DNA of 52,064 nt from a virus (taxonomy: Duplodnaviria; Caudoviricetes): positions 1 to 52,064 of IMG/VR virus record IMGVR_UViG_3300021405_000018; one strand, 5' to 3'. Both the position numbers and the translations under genes were made by a program. The stretch's first letter is position 1. Every line of letters starts with the position of its first letter. This document shows positions 19,645-28,031 of this stretch, piece by piece. The notes under the pieces were generated by a model. The model did no database searches and was not told the DNA's origin. It worked only from the letters and a program-made list of their open reading frames with translations.

Positions 19645-20133
19645 ATGCAAACTGACTTTGAATACTGTGTAGCTATTGTCCTGCAAGATGAGGGCGGGCT
19701 CGTCAATAATCCGCACGACCCCGGTGGCACCACCAACTTCGGGATCAGCCAGCGGGCATACCCAAGCCTCAACATTGCTGCTCTCACCAAGGAGCAAGCC
19801 GCACAAATCTACTACGATGATTACTGGACGCCCAACAACTGTGGGGATGTACCACTGCAACTGGGCCTTTACTTCTTCACTGTCTGTGTCATGTCGGGTG
19901 GGATGACGGCGACAAAGCTGCTCCAGCAACTTGTGGGAGTAACGGTGGATGGTGCGTATGGGCCTCACACTTCGAATGCTGTCCATAGCTTCCCTGCTGA
20001 ACGTCACTACGAGTATCTTACGCTGTTCATTCAACATCTCATGACCCTCTCAGACTGGGGACCGTTCGCTAAAGGTTGGCTAAATCGGGTTTTACGGCTG
20101 GCTTCTTTAGCACCACCTTCGCAGCAACCGTAA
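19645..20133 (+). CDS. Endolysin, glycoside hydrolase family 108
   Basis: EGG..N.P.DPGG.TNFGI motif; LLQ...GV.VDG..GP.T; F.KGWLNR. Confidence 0.92.
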   Translation: MQTDFEYCVAIVLQDEGGLVNNPHDPGGTTNFGISQRAYPSLNIAALTKEQAAQIYYDDYWTPNNCGDVPLQLGLYFFTVCVMSGGMTATKLLQQLVGVTVDGAYGPHTSNAVHSFPAERHYEYLTLFIQHLMTLSDWGPFAKGWLNRVLRLASLAPPSQQP

Positions 20134-21292
20134 CCGTCTCGATCAACCCACTCCTCTTCAGGCCCTTGACTATCTCATCGAAGTCTCGCGGCTTGGGGAG
20201 GCTACCCCGGATGTAAGCGAACGCCTCTCCTATCTCTACACCCTGTACCCCATGCCGCGCAATGAAGTCAACCAGTCTGTCGGAAACGTTGCTTGTCTCC
20301 GTCTTCCCGATACGGTCAAAGATTGACAGAAGCGTGGACTCAAGGTTTGATACGTGGTGCTCAGCCGTTTGAAGGTCCTCTCTGCTGATAACGAGGGAGT
20401 CATCCCTCGCTGCAGAAAGAACCATTGCGAGCTTATGGAGGTGAGAAGCCTTGCGCGAGTAGAAGCCGCCAAGTCTAGAGTCGTCCTTCCCCTTGCCGTG
20501 GAGCGCACAATGTGCGTCGTACCAATCGATGCCCCACTGCACAGCATCAGGAGCAAGAGTGTACTCACCCTCAAGCCGTCCGATGGCATTGAGGTCGTCC
20601 AGCAAATACCGTTTGAGTGTGTTGTGCTCACGCCATTTCTCCTTTGAGATTTGCAGGCCAGGGTACATGATATTCTGGCGCTTCTCGTCCGCGTAGACCC
20701 ACATGATCCGGGAGACGAGGCCCCCCTCGATCATGTATGTGGGTATGTTGTCACTGATCCATGATGGGGTTGTGCAGCCGATGAGGTTGAGGAAGGGGTG
20801 TTCTACCTGCTCACTGCCATTCCCCTTCGTTGCCTTGTCGAGGGGGCCGCAGTCCCATAGGGTGGTGAGCATGTCCATCATCTGGCGGTCGTCAGTCGAT
20901 ATGAGGTTGCCGAGTTCGCCCGATTCGATGGTAAGGGAGTACGTCTCGACCGTGTTTCCGGGGGAATACTCCACCATCCTGACTGCTTTCTCGAAAGAAG
21001 ACACCAGCGCCTGCCATGTGGTGACGTTGGGTCCCATGTGGATATCGTCCACCTTCCGTAGGAGGCGCATTGCAAGACCCGCATTGGTCGATTTGGCGAT
21101 GACCCCCGGTGGTGCAACGAGGACCACGAACATGTTGGGGTACCACTGGAATGTAAGCTGATCAAACCACACCTTCCTCTGGAGTGCGCCTGCAATGGCA
21201 GAAACGCCTGACCAGAATAGAATGTGATCAGGCGCTTCACCTACATGCCCCAGTTCGATAAACCCCTGGAGCCAATTTGATAGTTTCCTCAT
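20069..21292 (-). CDS. DUF3987-like replication protein (P-loop-like, putative helicase)
   Basis: LVAPPG..AKST, LTTLWD, LIGCTTP.W, GGLVSR; ATGA-coupled to the polymerase. Confidence 0.7.
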   Translation of the reverse strand: MRKLSNWLQGFIELGHVGEAPDHILFWSGVSAIAGALQRKVWFDQLTFQWYPNMFVVLVAPPGVIAKSTNAGLAMRLLRKVDDIHMGPNVTTWQALVSSFEKAVRMVEYSPGNTVETYSLTIESGELGNLISTDDRQMMDMLTTLWDCGPLDKATKGNGSEQVEHPFLNLIGCTTPSWISDNIPTYMIEGGLVSRIMWVYADEKRQNIMYPGLQISKEKWREHNTLKRYLLDDLNAIGRLEGEYTLAPDAVQWGIDWYDAHCALHGKGKDDSRLGGFYSRKASHLHKLAMVLSAARDDSLVISREDLQTAEHHVSNLESTLLSIFDRIGKTETSNVSDRLVDFIARHGVQGVEIGEAFAYIRGSLPKPRDFDEIVKGLKRSGLIETVTVAAKVVLKKPAVKPDLANL

Positions 21293-22023
21293 TGACAATC
21301 CCCCCAACTCTTCTCACTCATTTTCAATCCAACGGGGATGACCAATGGTTCCGGGTAGGGGATGACGATGGTGGCTTCTCGCTTGACGGCTTCTGCGTAG
21401 TCCCCATCGCACTGAATGGGCCACTGCATAGTAAGGCTGTCGTGTACCTGCAACAGAATGTCCACCAGAGGTAGGTTATGGTCGATATTGACATATGCGT
21501 GATTGATGAGGATGCCTACTGTTGATTGGGGAACCCAGGCTACCATACGGTTAAGGATGTTACCCTCTATGCGTTCATAGAACTTCTTTTTGTACCCGAA
21601 AGCATTGGAGACAGTGCCTGTGCGTATGCAACGCTTAACGAACGCATCCTGCCAGCGCTTAATCTCGGGAAACATTTCAAAGTACCAATGCTGGATGCGC
21701 TCCACCTCCTTGACCAGTAGCCCACACTGCCCCGCAATCTCTGGTGCCTTACCCAGGTAGTTCGTAGCGTGGCATAGCTTCTTGAACGCATAGTAGCGCG
21801 GGTCCTCCGTACCATCAGAGCGCTTCTTCTGAATGCTGTTGTCATGGTAGTACTCTCGGGCCACCTGGAGGTATGGTTTTTTCCCCTCCCGGAATAAAGC
21901 CTTCATCCCTTTGCAGTCGCTCTCCCATGTCACTATCCGAAGGTCTGCGCTGTCCAGGTCCAGGTCGGCCATGACCATCCCCTCGTCCGGTATGAACATC
22001 GTACGGATATTGGGCATCGGCAT
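21289..22023 (-). CDS. DNA polymerase family A, C-terminal (palm/fingers) subunit
   Basis: NIR.MFIPD.G, motif A DLDSADLR, motif B KKLCHATNYLG, motif C LQVHDSL; own RBS GGAG. Confidence 0.9.
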   Translation of the reverse strand: MPMPNIRTMFIPDEGMVMADLDLDSADLRIVTWESDCKGMKALFREGKKPYLQVAREYYHDNSIQKKRSDGTEDPRYYAFKKLCHATNYLGKAPEIAGQCGLLVKEVERIQHWYFEMFPEIKRWQDAFVKRCIRTGTVSNAFGYKKKFYERIEGNILNRMVAWVPQSTVGILINHAYVNIDHNLPLVDILLQVHDSLTMQWPIQCDGDYAEAVKREATIVIPYPEPLVIPVGLKMSEKSWGDCQ

Positions 22024-22237
22024 AGCCTTCTCCTAGCATTAGGTAATCGAGGGTGACATCAAGGACACGGGCCAGTTCAAGGAGTGCCCAGTAGCCTGGG
22101 TGGACACCCATGTCCTCGTAGAGGTGCATCGATGTGGGATGCAGACGGGCTCGCTTGGCTAGGACATGGCGCAGGATTCCACGCTCCTCCCGTAGCCGTC
22201 GCAGGCGGGCACCAAAGGTTTCGAAGTCGTTGTTCAT
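21842..22237 (-). CDS. XRE/Cro-C1 HTH protein inserted between the polymerase halves
   Basis: FGARLRRLREERG...LA...YE...P...LARVLDVTLDYL.G; last ~60 codons overlap the polymerase out of frame. Confidence 0.8.
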   Translation of the reverse strand: MNNDFETFGARLRRLREERGILRHVLAKRARLHPTSMHLYEDMGVHPGYWALLELARVLDVTLDYLMLGEGYADAQYPYDVHTGRGDGHGRPGPGQRRPSDSDMGERLQRDEGFIPGGEKTIPPGGPRVLP

Positions 22238-23883
22238 AGCTTTTCCCTTCCATCCGTGATGTTTTGCAGGTTCATTCCCGAGCCGAAGGCGTCTGCGCTA
22301 CTGGAGAACCTGAAAGTGATCGCCCCATTGATATTGTAGCTACAGTGGATACGTCCGTCGTATCCAATTGCAGTGGCCTTAAGTGCGTTCGAAGCGAGGG
22401 TTTCGCAAGACCTAAACGTTGCGATACGATCAGTGATAGGCCTAAGAAATACCTCTCGTTGTCCAATTTTCTCAAGCGCTTCATCGTCACAACAGAGTGC
22501 CTTTGTCTTCCGATTGCGGATAGGCGTTGCGCCCATCTCGTCGTAGAAGAAGGTACACATCTGCTTCGGACTCTTCGGGTTGAGCGGATAGCCGACCATC
22601 TCCGTAATCTCTGCTTCAAGCTGCTTCGCATGGTCCTTTAACTCCTTCAACATTGCTTGGCGTCGGGCGTTGTCAACACGAACCCCACGCGCCATCGTCC
22701 TAAGCACAGGACCAAAGAGAGATTGCTGGAAGTCGTGCGGTCCACGTAGACCCATTCTATCGACCACCGACTGTAGAACGGTATCGCATTCATACGTTCG
22801 AATACAGTCCTCACAGTTGTATGCCCAATACTTGTCTTCATCCTGGTCTGCTCCCTTGTCCCACTCCTTGCCGTCATCCTTCCAGTAGACGTACCACTCG
22901 CAATACATCGAGGCAATGAAGTCGAGGGACTTCTGCATGCCGGGGAAGCACGTGTGCTGGGCTACCATTGTATCTCGAACTTGACGCGGAACCCAGTGCC
23001 AGTGCCGAAGTATATACTGCGCATCGTAGATGAAATTTTGCCCAACGGTGAGTACGTTTGGGTGTGTGAGTAGCCGATACAGCAGCCAAACAATCTCAGA
23101 TTCATCGTCTTCGTTCCAGTATCCCTGCGGTCGTTCGACACAGAGAAATGGCATACAGAGTGCTTCATGATTACTCCACGCTATACCAAGGCACGCAATG
23201 TGCCCGGCTCGGGTTTCAATGTCACATGCCAGTTTCAGGGCTCCTGCTTCAGCCTTGTGATATAGCATGTCAAGACAGTCCCGCACCTGGGACATTGTAG
23301 GCCGTACCTGAAACGCCCATCCGGGTCGATGAGGAACCCGTTGCACACAAGAGGCCGCTCTCCGCAAGTCTTGCACGACAATCGGCTTAAGTGTCCATTG
23401 GCGCAAGACAGCGGCGGGGTGATAGGTAGGTAGCACGATCCCATGTTCCGTCTCCAGGGTACTGCCTCGCCACTTCGCAACGCTATCGAGACCAGTGAGT
23501 GCCCACAGGGCAGTGTTACCGAGGGCGATGATGACGGTCGGACGTACGGCTCTAATTTCAGCAAGTAGTAGAAGGTGCCCCCGAGCGACGTGAGGATGCA
23601 CAGGCCTGCCACGCACCATGACAAAGCCTCCTGCCAGTCCCGCATGCTGCTTCTCCTTCGTGGTGGGCATCCAGAGGTCCATCTTGTTGCCTGGGGGCCG
23701 CTCCCGACAGACGTTCGTGATCCGCACCGAGGCACGGGCGATGCCAACGGCGGAGAGCATCTGGTCCAGGAGTTGGCCGCTGTAGCCCACAAAGGGCTCA
23801 CCAAGGCGCTCCTCGTCCACGCCGGGGGCTTCACCCACTATCATGATGCGGGCGTCCATAGGGCCTATGCTACCGACTGTCAT
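22234..23883 (-). CDS. Uracil-DNA glycosylase (family 4-like) + 3'-5' exonuclease + N-terminal part of family A polymerase
   Basis: GEAPG..E...G.PFVG.SG, TYHPAAVLR; exonuclease DIET / NFIYD / YNCED; NPKSPKQ; RFSSS...NLQNI followed by a stop. Confidence 0.9.
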   Translation of the reverse strand: MTVGSIGPMDARIMIVGEAPGVDEERLGEPFVGYSGQLLDQMLSAVGIARASVRITNVCRERPPGNKMDLWMPTTKEKQHAGLAGGFVMVRGRPVHPHVARGHLLLLAEIRAVRPTVIIALGNTALWALTGLDSVAKWRGSTLETEHGIVLPTYHPAAVLRQWTLKPIVVQDLRRAASCVQRVPHRPGWAFQVRPTMSQVRDCLDMLYHKAEAGALKLACDIETRAGHIACLGIAWSNHEALCMPFLCVERPQGYWNEDDESEIVWLLYRLLTHPNVLTVGQNFIYDAQYILRHWHWVPRQVRDTMVAQHTCFPGMQKSLDFIASMYCEWYVYWKDDGKEWDKGADQDEDKYWAYNCEDCIRTYECDTVLQSVVDRMGLRGPHDFQQSLFGPVLRTMARGVRVDNARRQAMLKELKDHAKQLEAEITEMVGYPLNPKSPKQMCTFFYDEMGATPIRNRKTKALCCDDEALEKIGQREVFLRPITDRIATFRSCETLASNALKATAIGYDGRIHCSYNINGAITFRFSSSADAFGSGMNLQNITDGREKL

Positions 23884-24086
23884 TACCGCACCCGATACAG
23901 ATTGTTGGGATCAGGACGCTTCGAGGGGCGTGCCAGCTTACGGTCGATGTACCCAAAGCAGGCCTCACCATCCGCCAGCACTGCAAGCCACGTATGTGCC
24001 GGGTGGGAGTCAACGTAGACAGTCCCATGGAAAGTGTTGCTCATATGATCCCACTCAACCCTATCACCTTTCTTGAAGTCCATCAT
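23883..24086 (-). CDS. Hypothetical protein (SH3-like start FKKGDRV)
   Basis: Coupled ORF, RBS AGGAG. Confidence 0.6.
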   Translation of the reverse strand: MMDFKKGDRVEWDHMSNTFHGTVYVDSHPAHTWLAVLADGEACFGYIDRKLARPSKRPDPNNLYRVR

Positions 24087-24343
24087 AGACTCCTCATGAA
24101 GTCCTCGTGCCCCTGCCTGTCGAACCCTTCAGGACCGTGATTGGTCCTGGTGTACTGCTGCCAGCGCTCCTCAACGAAGGCCATAGCCCCCGCATTAAAC
24201 GGTACAGCAAGGTCATCTGTTGTATCGAAGAACGCAGTCTCCCCATCCATCGGGTTATAAGCGATAAACACAAACTCGACCCCGTGCTCATAGAACAGGG
24301 TAGAGGATGTAGGCACCTCATACGCGTAGAAGATCATGCTCAT
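24083..24343 (-). CDS. Hypothetical protein with shared C-terminal motif
   Basis: Coupled ORF; ends PEGFDRQGHEDFMRSL. Confidence 0.65.
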   Translation of the reverse strand: MSMIFYAYEVPTSSTLFYEHGVEFVFIAYNPMDGETAFFDTTDDLAVPFNAGAMAFVEERWQQYTRTNHGPEGFDRQGHEDFMRSL

Positions 24344-24534
24344 GTGTCATCGTCCTCGTCAATGTCGGGGTATTCCTGAAGCGCTTCTTCGCCCTCAGAC
24401 ACATAATTGTCCGTAGGCGGAAGCTCCTCTGCCTCTACCGTCAGGTACACAGTCTGGTCCATACTGTTGTAGTACGAGCCCATCGTGGATGACCAGCATG
24501 TGCAGGCAGGCACGACTGCGGTGTAGAGGATCAT
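24340..24534 (-). CDS. Acidic hypothetical protein
   Basis: ATGA coupling, RBS AAGGAG. Confidence 0.55.
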   Translation of the reverse strand: MILYTAVVPACTCWSSTMGSYYNSMDQTVYLTVEAEELPPTDNYVSEGEEALQEYPDIDEDDDT

Positions 24535-24710
24535 GACGGCTCCTTAATCTCCATCAGGAAGTTACCGTTGGGCATAGGCCCGTACTTGAAGTCCGGGAAC
24601 AGGACCATTGCTGCGTCGGCCTCTTCACGGGTTACCTCAATACGACCCCCAGCTTTCTGCACCAGGGCAAGGATGATCATCATCAGGACAGCTTCGTTCT
24701 CGTGCATCAT
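24531..24710 (-). CDS. Hypothetical protein (59 aa)
   Basis: MMHENEAVLMMIILALVQKAGGRIEV...; ATGA overlaps at both ends. Confidence 0.6.
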   Translation of the reverse strand: MMHENEAVLMMIILALVQKAGGRIEVTREEADAAMVLFPDFKYGPMPNGNFLMEIKEPS

Positions 24711-25132
24711 AGACCTCTCATAAATTCGTCGTAAGCCTTCTTGTCGATTGCCTCGGGCGCAAGTCCGGGGCGTGTCTCGGCAGGGTTCGCCACAGACGGC
24801 GGCGCAGGATCAGGCGGTCGCCGGATAGGCATACCATTGGGACCTGTCGTTGCGGTGTTGCGTGGATGGACAGCCCCCGCACTGATGCCCATACCTGCGG
24901 TGTTGGTGCGCATCGAGGCGAAGGGGTCGAGCTTCCCTCCAGCCTGATACCAGTTCATGTGGGGCGCTGCCTTACAGATGTCGCACTCAGTACAGTGGGA
25001 CATGTTAGTATCGAACATCCCACACTTGAAGCAAGCCCGCGTAGGCTTAACCCCAAGGGTGGACGCGGATATCTTAGCGTGGTACCCCAGCAGATCAGGG
25101 ATAGCCCTCATGTCGTGCGATGGATGGATCAT
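24707..25132 (-). CDS. Cys-rich hypothetical protein with shared C-terminal motif
   Basis: CFKC...CTECDIC; ends PEAIDKKAYDEFMRGL. Confidence 0.6.
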   Translation of the reverse strand: MIHPSHDMRAIPDLLGYHAKISASTLGVKPTRACFKCGMFDTNMSHCTECDICKAAPHMNWYQAGGKLDPFASMRTNTAGMGISAGAVHPRNTATTGPNGMPIRRPPDPAPPSVANPAETRPGLAPEAIDKKAYDEFMRGL

Positions 25133-25581
25133 GTCGGCCTCTTAACTTGATTGACTAGAATCTTACCTTGTTCCCGCAGGACCTTGACCACGCGTGGATC
25201 GTCGTCGTAGGCGCAGATAACCCGATCTTGGGGAACCGGGGAGACGGTGAGCCACTTCAGCTTCGTAGTCTCCGTTGGTTCCGCCACTGCTACTGCCTTC
25301 GGCCTTAAGAGGAGCTGTTCGAACGGTACGCCGTTGTTCCTTAGCCATACTTCTGTCTGACTCCTGATACGTTCGGTCCTGCCCGACCAGCACCATACCT
25401 GCTTGCCGAAGGCCTTGAAGGCGCGGGCCACAAGGATCGTAGGCATGATGGGCTGGTCGTAGATGCACTGATCCTCAAACTCGTCCCAGTCCATCTCATC
25501 ACGCTTGAAGTAATGGAGTCGGTGGTCCATGTCGGCCAGGGTGTTGTCGATATCGAAGAGGACGATGTTGGGTTCCATCAT
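25129..25581 (-). CDS. HAD phosphatase (T4 PNKP/PseT phosphatase-domain-like)
   Basis: FDIDNTLA, WSGR, LLLRP, K, YDDDPRVV. Confidence 0.85.
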   Translation of the reverse strand: MMEPNIVLFDIDNTLADMDHRLHYFKRDEMDWDEFEDQCIYDQPIMPTILVARAFKAFGKQVWCWSGRTERIRSQTEVWLRNNGVPFEQLLLRPKAVAVAEPTETTKLKWLTVSPVPQDRVICAYDDDPRVVKVLREQGKILVNQVKRPT

Positions 25582-25823
25582 TGTGCCTTGCGGTTACCGT
25601 GGCGGTCGTAGGTGACGTTCTCGTTGGCTTTCAGGACAACACAACGAGCCTGTGTCAGATACCATGTGCTACCGTCCTCAAGCGTGTTGGGCTCAAGGTT
25701 CTGGTTGATCATGTTGGCACACGCGGTGACCGAGGGCATGACTGCATGCGCCTGCACCACTTCGCCGGTTGCACCGTTGGTGAAGTAGCCGACTGCAACT
25801 ACGATGAGGGTTGGGACTAACAT
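25578..25823 (-). CDS. Small exported protein
   Basis: Hydrophobic N-terminus, two Cys. Confidence 0.55.
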   Translation of the reverse strand: MLVPTLIVVAVGYFTNGATGEVVQAHAVMPSVTACANMINQNLEPNTLEDGSTWYLTQARCVVLKANENVTYDRHGNRKAQ

Positions 25824-25832
25824 TTTACACTC

Positions 25833-26495
25833 CTAGAAACGATATGAAAGGTACAACATGTGCAGGCCAGTGACGAGGCCCGGATTCGGGTTCCATGCCT
25901 CGCGGACCTGATAGTAGCGGTAGTGGAGGCCCCACCGACCGCGCTCAACACCCGCCCCCATGACCCAGCCGAACTGCGTTGAGGTCTTGTGGTTGTAGTT
26001 GCCCCCGCCTGCGGCCTCGTGCCACGTAGCCCACACTGCGGAGGGGCCTGCCTCGACACTGAACCGGAACCCACCATAGGTGTACCCCGGCTCAAAGGTC
26101 AGGCTGACCACCTGAACGTGCCCGAACCCATTGAAGGCGGTACGGGGGCCGTTGTAGTGTCCGGAGTAGTAGTCGGCGTCGGACACGCACATGCAGGCGG
26201 CAGACTGCTGTCCAGCATAGGTGTAGTCAAGATGAAGTAGACCATCCCAGCGACCAGCATGGTACAGAGGAAATACAAGGCCAACCACCACCGCTGGCGA
26301 GGTGAGTTTTTCACTGTCAGGCACTCCTTTCTTTTGCTGCCATACATCATCGCCGATGTCCTTGCCCGCCACTACGGCACCGAGGCCTACCTCGGCCTGG
26401 AAGAAGGACTCAGCCCTCGCCTCATTGATAAGCACTATGAGTAGTACGAATACGAATACCACCATAGCAATGCCTAGTTTCGTTGGTGCTTTCAT
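25833..26495 (-). CDS. Outer-membrane beta-barrel protein
   Basis: Signal peptide ending ARA, alternating amphipathic strands, C-terminal LYLSYRF (BAM-type motif). Confidence 0.75.
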   Translation of the reverse strand: MKAPTKLGIAMVVFVFVLLIVLINEARAESFFQAEVGLGAVVAGKDIGDDVWQQKKGVPDSEKLTSPAVVVGLVFPLYHAGRWDGLLHLDYTYAGQQSAACMCVSDADYYSGHYNGPRTAFNGFGHVQVVSLTFEPGYTYGGFRFSVEAGPSAVWATWHEAAGGGNYNHKTSTQFGWVMGAGVERGRWGLHYRYYQVREAWNPNPGLVTGLHMLYLSYRF

Positions 26496-26806
26496 GTCAG
26501 TTTCCCATCCACGATATCGTCAGCCAGTTTCCGAAGCTCCTTCTCCCGCTTCGTCTCCTTTGCCAGTTCCTTTTGCCGCTTCTCTCGCAGGGCAACCATC
26601 CCTGTAGGCTTCGGCAACGACGTAAACTCCACCACTTCACTGATGCGCACGATGTATGTCTTGTCGGCGCTCATATTGAAGACCCTTATGCTCAGGTCGT
26701 GTGGCACATCGGGTGGCGTGAAGTGCTCGAATGGCTTGAGCGTTCGCTCTGCATACGGCACCTCCTCCACCTTGTGCTTCACGCCTTTGACGGCGTCATC
26801 CTTCAT
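26492..26806 (-). CDS. Hypothetical protein
   Basis: GGAG RBS, coupled stop. Confidence 0.55.
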   Translation of the reverse strand: MKDDAVKGVKHKVEEVPYAERTLKPFEHFTPPDVPHDLSIRVFNMSADKTYIVRISEVVEFTSLPKPTGMVALREKRQKELAKETKREKELRKLADDIVDGKLT

Positions 26807-27104
26807 TTGGGTGGCTCCCATCCGTGATGGCGAGGAGGTTCTGGATACGGTCGTTGATCTTACCTGACTGTTCCACGAACGTTTCTCGTAGGGCGTCCTG
26901 CTTCATGCGCAGTGAGTGAATCTGACGCGCAGTGAATTCTCCCGGCGACAGCTCCTTAATCTCCACCTCAATATCACAGATGTACACATACTCCTGTGCC
27001 TCAAGACACTTACGGTCGTCGGTGGCATTGAAGAAGTGGTAGCGGGCAATGTCCTCCCACTCATACTTCTTTGCATATACTGAAATCATGTTCAACATGT
27101 TCAA
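26796..27104 (-). CDS. Hypothetical protein
   Basis: GGAG RBS; coiled-coil C-terminus. Confidence 0.6.
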   Translation of the reverse strand: MNMLNMISVYAKKYEWEDIARYHFFNATDDRKCLEAQEYVYICDIEVEIKELSPGEFTARQIHSLRMKQDALRETFVEQSGKINDRIQNLLAITDGSHPNEG

Positions 27105-27203
27105 TCTCCATTGAAAGTTATGGAAGGGTTCTTTCGGGGGACAGGCGAACCCTTACCTTGAAGCCTGCGGAGGAGGGACATGCAACCCTTCCCCCTGCGC
27201 AGC

Positions 27204-27650
27204 TTACGCTGCGGCTACAGAACGGATGTCCTCTTGCGGCTTGCCTTCATAGACGCGATGCTTCACGTCGATCAGGGCGTTGCCGCCGATGATGTCGTTG
27301 AGGGGGCCGGTAGGCTTACCCACTGCAGCCCTGACTTGACCCATCTCCCAGTTGTCGCCTTTCTTCTTCGACAACTTGCCGGTGTCCGGGTCGAGGCGCA
27401 GGAACATACGCTGCGTTAGGTACACCTTCTCGCGGCCCATCTCTTCGAGGACTGCAGGCTCAGTGATACTCCACTTGATAGCGGCCTGTGCCCAGGGGCT
27501 GCCGTCATCGTTGCTGCCGTGCTTCAGATCGATTGCCTCGATGAAGGCGGCATGTACGCCGATGGGTACAAGCGCCCGCTCGGTTGAAAGTTCTTCCTGT
27601 TCTTCGTCAAGGAAGGTATCGGGATCAAAGATTGACATAAGATTGCTCAC
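27204..27650 (-). CDS. Putative single-stranded DNA-binding protein (DUF669-like OB fold)
   Basis: FDPDTFL...VP.G.H.A.I...VKHR.YEG; downstream of the AAA ATPase and nuclease. Confidence 0.6.
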   Translation of the reverse strand: MSNLMSIFDPDTFLDEEQEELSTERALVPIGVHAAFIEAIDLKHGSNDDGSPWAQAAIKWSITEPAVLEEMGREKVYLTQRMFLRLDPDTGKLSKKKGDNWEMGQVRAAVGKPTGPLNDIIGGNALIDVKHRVYEGKPQEDIRSVAAA

Positions 27651-27885
27651 TTACAATAGGTTTATAACGTAGGCTTAACGCCGGAAGGCCTAGCTTGCGC
27701 TCAAGTTCTCGATATACCCAGCTATACCGGGCAAGATAGTTATTGCTGTACTCCTCTCCGTATTGATGCCCGTCGATCAGGATGCGCTCGACGTATACGC
27801 TCTTGGGCTCTTCTATCAACCGCCATCCCTGAATGCGGCAGTCGATGTCGCCTACACTGATGTGGATGTAGAAGTGGCTGATCAC
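27625..27885 (-). CDS. Hypothetical protein
   Basis: GTG start with AGGAG RBS. Confidence 0.5.
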   Translation of the reverse strand: MISHFYIHISVGDIDCRIQGWRLIEEPKSVYVERILIDGHQYGEEYSNNYLARYSWVYRELERKLGLPALSLRYKPIVSEQSYVNL

Positions 27886-28031
27886 TCGGTGCTCTCCTGA
27901 CAGGTACAGTACTCAAACTCAGGGCAGGTTTCATCTACCGTTAGGAAGTCCCAATCAGCACAGTAGTGTGCATGCTCTCCTGTCAGGACCCGGCCATGCT
28001 CTGCAATACAGTCGAATTCGAAGTCTGTCAA
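27882..28031 (-). CDS. Small Cys/His-rich protein (49 aa)
   Basis: TTG coupled to the ATPase stop; GRVLTGEHAHYCADWDFLTVDETCPEFEYCTC. Confidence 0.55.
   Translation of the reverse strand: MTDFEFDCIAEHGRVLTGEHAHYCADWDFLTVDETCPEFEYCTCQESTE

Noticed and set aside
22024-22236. Group I/II intron or intein in the polymerase
   Set aside because: Only 213 nt, fully occupied by an HTH coding sequence, with stops in the polymerase frame and no recognisable intron core or intein termini
27889-27987. Repeated TGCTCTCCTG[AT]CAGG as an operator pair
   Set aside because: Both copies lie in a small coding region and contain the AGGAG RBS-like sequence on the minus strand; support is insufficient
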